The translations under genes were made by a program, and so were the position numbers. Source: an uncultured Planctomycetaceae bacterium (lineage in GTDB: Bacteria; Planctomycetota; Planctomycetia; Planctomycetales; Planctomycetaceae). Taken from it: a stretch of 64,000 bases of DNA. Each line of letters opens with the position of its first letter. Position 1 is the first letter of the stretch. A model generated the notes under the pieces. It was given only the letters and a program-made list of their open reading frames with translations. It did no database searches and was not told the DNA's origin. Where the stretch lies: positions 62,001 to 126,000 of the forward strand of contig CAXBME010000011.1 in the NCBI GenBank assembly GCA_963976765.1. The letters run 5' to 3'. Below are positions 1-8,302 of the stretch, piece by piece.

Positions 1-886
1 CGAGCCATCCAAATGCAGCCGCTTCAATCTTGACGGCCTCGGGAGTCCCTTCCGTTCCGCCGCCAAGCAGAGCACTCTGGTACTGCACGGCGACGATCAG
101 CGCCAGTCCGCGAGCCACCATCATCATCGCCAGCGTGACGACAAATGCAGGCACACGAAACCACGTCACCATGACTCCATTGAAGACGCCGCACAGCGTG
201 CAGACTCCCGTGCCGATCAGACACGCTCCGAGCAGGCCGATCGTTCCGGCATCCTCCCCACCAGCCATTTGTTGAGCCGCTACAGCAGTCGTCACACCAC
301 ACAGGGCCAGCAAACTACCGACCGACAGATCAATTCCCGCCGTAATAATCACCAGCGTCATCCCGATGGCAATGATGGCAATCACCGCGTTCTGGTTGAT
401 GACGTTGACGAGATTCTCGCGAGTCAGAAAGCTCGGCCAGGTATAACTCTGAGGTTTGACGACTTTCACTCCAGCGAGGCTGGGGAACTTTGCGGCTGTG
501 ATTTTCAGGCGTTCCGGTTTCAACGGTCCCCATTCGGACGCTGAATGATTTGTCGCGATCGCATCGACTTTTTCAAAGGCATCACCAACCTGCTCCAGAG
601 CGACGCGTGCGTCTGATGGTGTTCCGTTGACGACAGCGAGAACAGTTCCGCCGCCTGCGTCAATCGCTGCTCGAACGGAATCGGTAAAGGCGCGGTCCTG
701 CGCGGTATCTCGCGAGATGACAATAACATTGGGTGCGCCGGTCGACTCGGTCAGAATTCGGGCCGCGACTTCCTTGCCAGCGACCGGCGTGTTGGGATGC
801 TGCTCACTCAGGGTGACAACGCTGTAGTAAGCACAGAGCGCCAGCAGCACGATCACAGAGCCGTTGTCAGCAATAAACCGTTTCAC
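1..886 (-). CDS. Sugar ABC transporter permease (RbsC/BPD_transp_2 family), 3' end runs off the window
   Basis: Absent from the ORF track because it is open at the edge. Manual translation from GTG 886 (AGGA upstream) gives MKRFIADNGSVIVLLALCAYYSVV...FLTRENLVNVINQNAVIAIIAIGMTLVIITAGIDLSVGS...FNGVMVTWFRVPAFVVTLAMM. GIDLSVGS and VPAFVVTL are RbsC-type motifs; the gene follows the ABC ATPase. Confidence 0.9.
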   Translation of the reverse strand, partial: MKRFIADNGSVIVLLALCAYYSVVTLSEQHPNTPVAGKEVAARILTESTGAPNVIVISRDTAQDRAFTDSVRAAIDAGGGTVLAVVNGTPSDARVALEQVGDAFEKVDAIATNHSASEWGPLKPERLKITAAKFPSLAGVKVVKPQSYTWPSFLTRENLVNVINQNAVIAIIAIGMTLVIITAGIDLSVGSLLALCGVTTAVAAQQMAGGEDAGTIGLLGACLIGTGVCTLCGVFNGVMVTWFRVPAFVVTLAMMMVARGLALIVAVQYQSALLGGGTEGTPEAVKIEAAAFGWL

Positions 887-938
887 AAAACACTTCCTGA
901 ACCTGGTCACGCCACGGCGCGGGGGAATTCCTAATTCG

Positions 939-2495
939 TTACTTAACGGCAAGACTCATGATCGATTCCTGCGTTGCGGACTTCACGTCGCCGATTTCGC
1001 CCGTCACGCGGCCTTCGTGCAGGACGACGATGCGATCGGCCATGCCGAGTACTTCGGGCAGCTCACTGCTGATCATCAGGATGGCCTTGCCCTGTGCGAC
1101 CAGTTTGTGCATCAGCAGGTAGATTTCAAATTTCGCTCCGACATCAATGCCGCGCGTCGGTTCGTCGAAGATGATGACTTCGGCATCACGCTCCAGCCAT
1201 TTTGCCAGAACGACTTTCTGCTGATTGCCGCCGGAAAGATTTCCCGCTCGCTGAGCTGGACTCGAAACCTTGATCTGCAACTGCTCGACGTAACCGTTGA
1301 ACGCTTCGCGTTCGCTTTTCTGCTGGATCAGTCCTCCGGAGGAAAAGCGTGAAAGGTTCGGAAGTCCGAAATTCTCCAGCACGCTCTGATTGAGAATCAG
1401 CCCTTGTCCTTTCCGATCCTCGGTCAACAGGCAAATTCCGGCGGCGATCGCGTCTCGGGGACTGCGAATATCCAGCTCATTGCCGTCGAGGGTAATCCTG
1501 CCAGCTTGCCGTTTGTCAGCTCCGAAGATCAGTCGAGCTGTCTCCGTTCGCCCGGCTCCGACGAGACCAGTCAGAGCAACGATTTCGCCACGGCGAACAC
1601 TGAAGGAAACGTCTCTCACTTTCGGACCACCAGCAAGACCACTGACCACCAGGCCCGGCCTGGCTTCAACGTCCAACTGGTCTTCCACTGTGGCGGAAAC
1701 GCGAGTTGGAAACTCGTTCTCCAGTTTTCGCCCGACCATCAGTTCAATCAGCGTTTCGCGGGTCAGCTCGCTGATCGGTTTTGAATCAACGTACTCACCA
1801 TCACGCAGAATCGTCACACGATTACAGATCGCGAAAATTTCATCCAGCCGATGACTGACATAGACAATGCCGATGCCCTGAGACTTAAGTTCCGCGACGA
1901 TCCTGAAGAGTCCCTGCACTTCACGCGGCGACAACGCTGCACTCGGCTCGTCCATCACGATAATTCGAGAATTCAGCGACAAGGCTTTGGCAATTTCGAC
2001 AATCTGCTGCTGAGCAACCGTCAGATCTCGAACGAGGGCATCCGGATCCAGTTCGACACCGATCCTCTCGAACAATTCGCGAGCTCGCCGCCGCTCTTTT
2101 CCCGCTGAAATGAAACTGACTCGGCCAGGTTCCTGGCCGAGAAAAATGTTTTCCCGAACGGTCATCGCCGGTACGAGATTGAACTCCTGATATATGATGC
2201 CGATGCCGGCGCGTTGCGAATCCTGCGGGCTTGCGATCTGGACAGGTTGGCCATCGATCTGGATTGTTCCCGAATCAGGCTGATGGGCTCCTCCAAGTAC
2301 CTTGATCAGCGTGCTCTTGCCGGCACCGTTCTCGCCGAGCAACGCCAGTACATCGCCGGATGCCAGATCAAGGTCGACGCCCTTCAGCGCGTGAACTCCG
2401 GGAAACGACTTATCGACACCACACATTTGCAGCAGCGGATGACCTGATGAAGATCCCCGAAAATCGTCAGCAGAGGAGTGAAGTCCTGTCACCAT
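939..2495 (-). CDS. Sugar ABC transporter ATP-binding protein (RbsA/MglA type, two ABC domains)
   Basis: Walker A GENGAGKST, MDEPSAAL, second domain with EDRKGQGL, LSGGNQQKV and DEPTRGIDVGAK. Confidence 0.95.
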   Translation of the reverse strand: MVTGLHSSADDFRGSSSGHPLLQMCGVDKSFPGVHALKGVDLDLASGDVLALLGENGAGKSTLIKVLGGAHQPDSGTIQIDGQPVQIASPQDSQRAGIGIIYQEFNLVPAMTVRENIFLGQEPGRVSFISAGKERRRARELFERIGVELDPDALVRDLTVAQQQIVEIAKALSLNSRIIVMDEPSAALSPREVQGLFRIVAELKSQGIGIVYVSHRLDEIFAICNRVTILRDGEYVDSKPISELTRETLIELMVGRKLENEFPTRVSATVEDQLDVEARPGLVVSGLAGGPKVRDVSFSVRRGEIVALTGLVGAGRTETARLIFGADKRQAGRITLDGNELDIRSPRDAIAAGICLLTEDRKGQGLILNQSVLENFGLPNLSRFSSGGLIQQKSEREAFNGYVEQLQIKVSSPAQRAGNLSGGNQQKVVLAKWLERDAEVIIFDEPTRGIDVGAKFEIYLLMHKLVAQGKAILMISSELPEVLGMADRIVVLHEGRVTGEIGDVKSATQESIMSLAVK

Positions 2496-2590
2496 GAGAA
2501 GACCCGACGTCAGTTTCGCAGAAAGTCACCCCAAACCGTATTCACCGAGACCTCGGCGTCTGTAACGCTGCCGGTCGGGAGAGTCTCGAA

Positions 2591-3682
2591 CTAACCTGGA
2601 GACTTGAAGACCTCAAGCTCCGGTAACTCGCCGGGCGCTACCGGCGTAATCTGCCATGTCGCCGACGTTTGCAGGTCGGGATCTTTTTCCGCGTCAGCCT
2701 TCTTGTAGATCGCTGTCGGGATAAGCTCGACCTTTTCGAATTCTTCGCCGTCGAGATACTTGATGATATTCTGAACGGAAACGACTCCCATCTTCTTCGG
2801 GAACTGAATCGGGTCGGCGTAAATCCTGCCTTCGAGGATTGCCTGCTTGCCTTCAAGCTGACCGTCGAAGCCGATAATCGTCACCTGGTCCAACTTCTCG
2901 GCCTGCTTGAGCGCCGTCCATGCTCCCAGAGCAGACGGATCGTTGATGGCAAAGATGCCTCGCAGATTCTGATGAGCCTGCAGCGCGTCGGACGCCGCCT
3001 TGAATCCTTCGTCACGCAGTCCACCGCCTTCGAGTTCTGAGACGATGGTGATCCTGCCCGACTCGCGATCCTTGTTGTGCTCATCAAGAACTTCCGAAAA
3101 ACCCTGCACACGCAACACGCAGGAATTTGCCTGTTTGAAGTGCAATACCAGAACCTCGCCGCCGGCGTCACCGAGCGCTTCGATCATCGCTTCGCCAGCC
3201 AGTCTTCCTCCCTGGTAATTGTCGGTGCCGATGTGCCCCGCAACTTTTGCGTCTTCGGCGGCACATTGAAGATCGCAGGTGAAGACAGGAATCCCGGCTT
3301 CGTTGGCTTTGCGGATCGCTGGTCCGATGGCAATTCGATCTGCCGGATTCAACACGATCGCCGCGACTCCCTGAGCGATGTAATTGTCGATATGCTTTGA
3401 CTGCTCGTTAACGTCTCGTTCGGCGTCGTTGACCAGAACTTCGAAACCGTGCTCTTTACCAGCTTCAGTCATGCTGTCGGCGATGATCTTGAAGAACGGG
3501 TTCTTCAGAGTCAGCGCCGAAAAACCGATCGTGCCTCGCGAATGGACCGGCGATAGCTCGCCATTCGACAACGAGGTTCCGTTGCCAGCACTTTCATTGC
3601 TGCCGTTCGAGCAGCCGCTGACAAACAGTAAGGCCACCAGAAGTGATGACGAGACAGCGTAGCTTGTGCAAAGTTGAAGCAT
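2591..3682 (-). CDS. Sugar ABC transporter substrate-binding lipoprotein (RbsB/Peripla_BP_4)
   Basis: Lipobox VSGC, NPFF motif, IGTDNYQGG, FAINDPSALGA, IIGFDG; first gene of the ABC operon; GAGG upstream. Confidence 0.92.
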   Translation of the reverse strand: MLQLCTSYAVSSSLLVALLFVSGCSNGSNESAGNGTSLSNGELSPVHSRGTIGFSALTLKNPFFKIIADSMTEAGKEHGFEVLVNDAERDVNEQSKHIDNYIAQGVAAIVLNPADRIAIGPAIRKANEAGIPVFTCDLQCAAEDAKVAGHIGTDNYQGGRLAGEAMIEALGDAGGEVLVLHFKQANSCVLRVQGFSEVLDEHNKDRESGRITIVSELEGGGLRDEGFKAASDALQAHQNLRGIFAINDPSALGAWTALKQAEKLDQVTIIGFDGQLEGKQAILEGRIYADPIQFPKKMGVVSVQNIIKYLDGEEFEKVELIPTAIYKKADAEKDPDLQTSATWQITPVAPGELPELEVFKSPG

Positions 3683-3910
3683 TTTCGTTTCCTCGGTGCA
3701 TCAGTCGGGCAGAGACGAATCACTGATCGAGTGAATCCAGGATCGCTCCTCGTGGATCAGAAGGTTTGCAGACTGAGTCCATTCTGTCGAGCCACCCGCG
3801 CGCTCCCGACGCCTCGCTGGAAGGGCTGACTGAACCACCAGCCTCGTGATATGCTGCGGTCCTGAATTAATTTCTTCAGACAATTCACGGCCGATCAGGA
3901 AACAGTATCG

Positions 3911-4756
3911 ATGAACTTTTTGAGTCAACTAACGGGGTGTTTTGCTCTCCCTTGTGCAGAGAACCCTACCGTTGCGATGGTCGAAGCCGCTTACCGACAC
4001 CATGATCTCGACTGGCGATACATCAACTGTGAAGTCGGCCCGGATAAACTTGCTGATGCCGTGCGGGGAGCGCGAGCGATGGGCTGGGCGGGCTTCAACT
4101 GCTCGCTGCCGAACAAGGTTGAAGTAATTCAGTACCTCGATGGCCTGGGGGAATCGGCGAAAATTATCGGTGCGGTGAACTGTGCCGTTCGACGCGACGA
4201 CCAGTTCATCGGTGAGAACACCGATGGAAAAGGATTTCTGGAATCACTCAGTGAGAAGATCGACCCAGCCGGCAAATCAATGGTTATGTTTGGAGCGGGT
4301 GGAGCGGCGCGAGCGATCGGCGTTGAAACAGCCCTTGCCGGACTGACGAAAATCACCGTCGTAAATCGCTCCGTTGATCGTGGTCAGGAGCTGACAACGC
4401 TGCTTCGTGAGAAGACACCGACCGAAGTCAACTTCGAACAATGGAACGGCGAATACAGAATCCCGGACGGTACGGATATCGTCGTCAACTCAACATCGAT
4501 CGGCCTGTTCCCGGACATCGACGCTCGGCTGGCGTTGGACATGGATTCGGTCACGTCGAACATGCTGGTTGCAGACGTGATTCCTAATCCGCCTCGCACG
4601 AACCTGATTCAAGAAGCCGAAGCCAAAGGCTGCACGGTGATCGATGGCCTGGGAATGCTTGTCAATCAGGGAGTCATCGGTATCAAATACTGGACCGGAA
4701 TTGACGTTAATCCGACCGTCATGCGTGCAAAGCTGGAAGAAATCTTTGCCAACTGA
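3911..4756 (+). CDS. aroE: Shikimate dehydrogenase-family oxidoreductase with an atypical substrate pocket
   Basis: GFNCSLPNK, IGAVN, GENTDGKGF, GAGGAARA, VNRS, NSTSIG and DGLGMLVNQG all match the AroE fold. Confidence 0.85.
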   Translation: MNFLSQLTGCFALPCAENPTVAMVEAAYRHHDLDWRYINCEVGPDKLADAVRGARAMGWAGFNCSLPNKVEVIQYLDGLGESAKIIGAVNCAVRRDDQFIGENTDGKGFLESLSEKIDPAGKSMVMFGAGGAARAIGVETALAGLTKITVVNRSVDRGQELTTLLREKTPTEVNFEQWNGEYRIPDGTDIVVNSTSIGLFPDIDARLALDMDSVTSNMLVADVIPNPPRTNLIQEAEAKGCTVIDGLGMLVNQGVIGIKYWTGIDVNPTVMRAKLEEIFAN

Positions 4757-4801
4757 TGAAGCATGCCGCGCGGTGCCTCATCTGGCGTCGTTTCACAATC
4801 G

Positions 4802-6235
4802 CTAGAGCGTCTTCAAGTACTCAAGCAGCGAAACCTTTTCCGATTCAGACAACGAATCTGGAAACGTATGTCCTGCCGCAGACTTGCCTGCTTTCGCCGT
4901 ATCGAAATGCGATCGTCGTGCGTAGGTGCTTTTTGCCTCGCCGGGCAATGCGTCGAACTCGGCGACTTCCAGCCCGACTCGCTTCTGATCGTAGCCGTTC
5001 TCGGTCCGCTTCCAGACGATTGGACGCTCCGTCGAGTTCAGCACGTGCCACAACGTCGGCACTGATCCGTTATGAAAATATGGAGCGGTCGCCCAGATTC
5101 CATCGAGCGGCGGAGCGACGTAGCCGTCCGGCTCGACGTCAACGCCGTCCTGTCCATAGCGACTCATCCATCCATCGCGCATCCACTCGCGATGCTGTCG
5201 GTTCAGCGCTTTCAGTCTGACCGGGTCCGTGCCAACTTCGTCAAGCGGAACGAGAACCTGGTCGTACTTTCCACCCGCTCCGTACGTGCCGTGGCAGCTT
5301 GAGCAGTTTTCGTCGAACACCGCCCTGCCCTGCTCTGCCAGTTTTGCATTAATCGGGAAGGGATACTTCGGCGGTCGCAGCGATTCGATCCACGCCTGGA
5401 TATCTTTGAAATCGTCCTCCCACGAAATCAACGTGTCCCGGTCATTCTTCGGCAGCAGCATGAACTGCATCAGCACGCGGTGGTTCTTCGGAGCAAAACC
5501 GTCCGCATAGAGGCTGCGTTTTCTGCGAACGTTCCACAGCGGTGGAGCATCCATGTCGTGATGAATCTGTAGCGGTTCGGGACGCGACCGGTCGACGTTC
5601 ATGTCGTTATCGCGGAGGTTTCCCAGAACGACTCCAAACACAACTGAGTTGGTCGTTCCGTGAGTCGTCCCAAGCGGCAACTTCAACGATGCCAGATCAA
5701 GGTGCCCGAGCTTCTTAAGCAGCGTCAGTTTCGTAAGCCGAACATCCTCAGTCAGCGACTGCAACGCAAAGTGAGAATTCGGCAGCCCAGGAATCACTTT
5801 GTCGATGACCTTCCCCGCGTGACACGCCAGACAGTTCATCACTCGGTTGCCATCGCCTGTGTCAACGTAACCAAGCGGCGGCCCTTCGCCGCGATCATCC
5901 AACGATTCCATCAGACCGTAATACGAAAACGTCATCCGGCGACGTTTCTCTGGCGATGCCGACTCCGCTTCCTGCCTCAGTTCATCCGGCCAGCGCCGCC
6001 ACAGATTCTCGAACACGGTCTGATCGAAGTCGGGCGGCAGGTACGGCTTTGTCCGCAAGTGCTGCCAGCCTCGCAGGGCGCTGGCAGTGACGGTTTTCCC
6101 GCCAGTTGACTCTGGAACTTCTTCACCGAAAACGTATCTCGCGCCGGACAGGATCGGAACCAGAGCCAGACACAAACCGGCAACCAGCATGCTCCAGCCA
6201 GCATGCCCAGTTCGCATAGCGACAGGATGAATCAT
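4802..6235 (-). CDS. Exported di-haem cytochrome c (RoxA-like / bCCP-MauG superfamily)
   Basis: N-terminal hydrophobic signal; two CxxCH motifs (CLACH, CSSCH); C-terminal GYVAPPLDGIWATAPYFHNGSVPTL and GHTF...LLEYLKTL. Confidence 0.8.
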   Translation of the reverse strand: MIHPVAMRTGHAGWSMLVAGLCLALVPILSGARYVFGEEVPESTGGKTVTASALRGWQHLRTKPYLPPDFDQTVFENLWRRWPDELRQEAESASPEKRRRMTFSYYGLMESLDDRGEGPPLGYVDTGDGNRVMNCLACHAGKVIDKVIPGLPNSHFALQSLTEDVRLTKLTLLKKLGHLDLASLKLPLGTTHGTTNSVVFGVVLGNLRDNDMNVDRSRPEPLQIHHDMDAPPLWNVRRKRSLYADGFAPKNHRVLMQFMLLPKNDRDTLISWEDDFKDIQAWIESLRPPKYPFPINAKLAEQGRAVFDENCSSCHGTYGAGGKYDQVLVPLDEVGTDPVRLKALNRQHREWMRDGWMSRYGQDGVDVEPDGYVAPPLDGIWATAPYFHNGSVPTLWHVLNSTERPIVWKRTENGYDQKRVGLEVAEFDALPGEAKSTYARRSHFDTAKAGKSAAGHTFPDSLSESEKVSLLEYLKTL

Positions 6236-6398
6236 CGTCCGCGTCCGATCAGAAACAAATCATCCGTTTTCTCGTGAGCCGATGCCCCTGCATCCAGTGC
6301 CGGCGAGAGTCGACCGCAAATCGCAGGGACACCTAAGCCTGGACTGAATGCCGCAAGCCGGCGACCGAGGACACGCATTAATAAAGAGAACACTCTTC

Positions 6399-7196
6399 TT
6401 AATACCGGGCGAGGTCGCCGCCGCCAGAACTCAGATTCAACGCTGAAACAAACTCCTGCGCACCGTTGACCATCATTTTCAGTTCGCTGCCTAACGCGAT
6501 GAACTGCCATCCTTCGGCGATTCGTTGTTCGACCGCCTCCACCGTCTGAACGTGCAGGCCGACCGGTGTCCCCGTTTTCTTCCCGGCCGCAAGAATTCGC
6601 TGCATCATCGCTTCAAACTCTTCCGGTGTCGGGTCCGTACCGTCCGGAGCTTTCATCTGCCATGTCAAATCATTCGGGCCGACAAAGATCGCATCCACAC
6701 CGGGAAGGCTATAGATCGCTTCCGCGTTGTCGACACCTTCGGGGGACTCGGTCTGCAGGATGACGAGAATCTCGTCATTCGCATATTTGTAGTAGTCGCC
6801 AGCAGTGGCACCGAAATTCAACGCATGAAGGCCGCCACCGATCGAACGATTTCCTTCCGGCGGATACTTGGCGGCAGCAATCGCGATCTTCGCTTCTTCG
6901 ACCGTATTGACCATGGGCACGACAATTCCATGCGCACCAGCGTCAAGAACTCGTTTGATGTAATCATGATCGCCTCGGGGCACTCGAGCCAGAGGAACGC
7001 AACCAGCATCGGCGATTGCACCAAACAGCAATCCGGCATTGTCCCAGCCGATGGGAGAGTGCTCCAGGTCGACAGTCAACCACGGAAAGCCGGTGCGAGC
7101 CATCAGGCGGGCGGCGAAAACATTGCCAAGTGACAGCCAGGTACCGACCTGCGGCTTTCCTTCTCGCAACGCCGCTTTTACCGGGTTCTTCTTCAT
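6399..7196 (-). CDS. HpcH/HpaI class II pyruvate aldolase
   Basis: Likely start [14 protein letters not shown] (ATG 7196, GGA upstream) rather than 7283; motifs DLEHSP, ARVP, LDAGA, QTES, FVGPNDL. Confidence 0.9.
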   Translation of the reverse strand: MKKNPVKAALREGKPQVGTWLSLGNVFAARLMARTGFPWLTVDLEHSPIGWDNAGLLFGAIADAGCVPLARVPRGDHDYIKRVLDAGAHGIVVPMVNTVEEAKIAIAAAKYPPEGNRSIGGGLHALNFGATAGDYYKYANDEILVILQTESPEGVDNAEAIYSLPGVDAIFVGPNDLTWQMKAPDGTDPTPEEFEAMMQRILAAGKKTGTPVGLHVQTVEAVEQRIAEGWQFIALGSELKMMVNGAQEFVSALNLSSGGGDLARY

Positions 7197-7564
7197 CTGG
7201 CTGGTCCTTAATTGTGAATGTCTATCTGATTGAGCGGGCACAATTGCCCTCGGAATCCGTCGCCTGCGGAGAGGTGCTGACAAACGTCAGTGGCCCCCGG
7301 AGTACAGGTGCCAGGAAACTGTCCCGAACCTGGTTCTGCTGATCGAGCGGAAAAAACTATGGAACCGTTCCGTCATGGTGGCTCCCAGTCAGCAGGAAGG
7401 CATTGTCGTGCCCGCACCGAAAGCGTCAACCATCGCTCGTCGATTCCGTCGTTGGCAGTCTCGGTTTCTTCCAGAGCGAGCCGCTGATCGACCCACGCGC
7501 ATATCAAGCGTGCAGAGGTAATGTTCAATGAACGACGCTGTCACTCGATAGAACGAAAAAACTT

Positions 7565-8188
7565 TCAAACGATGACACGAATCTCGATCAATGAGTCACA
7601 CTGCGGACACGACATGCCCACATTCAGCTCGTCACGTTTCACGCGGAGTTGCGTCATGCATGACGGACAGGTCGTGAAGACATGCCTGGCTTCACGGATC
7701 GCCTCGGTAGTCACCGACAATTCTCCGCTGCATTGCGAGCACGTCGCTCGTTTTCCCAGAAGATGTTTATCAACCAGCGTCTCATGCAGACACGCCGGGC
7801 AGGTCAGGCCGTATCCCTCAAGGGGAATACGAAGCAACTCAGCTCCCGAAACCTCGTTCCACGGCGTGACTTCGGTTTTGTTGACATGAATCATCCGATT
7901 GAGCTGAGTGACCTGCATCACCTCGGCGACGTCTTCCGATGCATTCGCGAGGTGGACTTCGCAGCCGGAATTGTGCAACTGAACCAGCACCCCCAGAACA
8001 CTGCTCGGCAGGTAGGTCGTGTCGCGAAGGTCGATGACCAGCTTCAGACACTCGTTGTCGCCAACGAATCTCGAAAGCTGTTCATGAAGGTCCGATGTCC
8101 GATGGGAAAAATCGTCGATCTGCTGCATGAACCTCACGATGCTGACCGTCCCAGCTTCGCGAATCTCAAAAAGGTCAAACTTCGGCAT
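7565..8188 (-). CDS. STAS (anti-sigma antagonist) domain protein with C-terminal tandem zinc ribbons
   Basis: LVIDLRDTTYLPSSVLGVLV STAS motif, then four CxxC pairs (CPAC, CSQC, CPSC, CPQC); GGAG upstream. Confidence 0.8.
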   Translation of the reverse strand: MPKFDLFEIREAGTVSIVRFMQQIDDFSHRTSDLHEQLSRFVGDNECLKLVIDLRDTTYLPSSVLGVLVQLHNSGCEVHLANASEDVAEVMQVTQLNRMIHVNKTEVTPWNEVSGAELLRIPLEGYGLTCPACLHETLVDKHLLGKRATCSQCSGELSVTTEAIREARHVFTTCPSCMTQLRVKRDELNVGMSCPQCDSLIEIRVIV

Positions 8189-8302
8189 CTCGTCTTCTCC
8201 ATCGAGTGAGGCATTTCTTCCTGAAAGTGCCTATCACAGTTTTGTCTTCGAACAGCAGCATCAGGATGACTTATCGTCACGCTGAACGGTCCAGAGGAAG
8301 TC

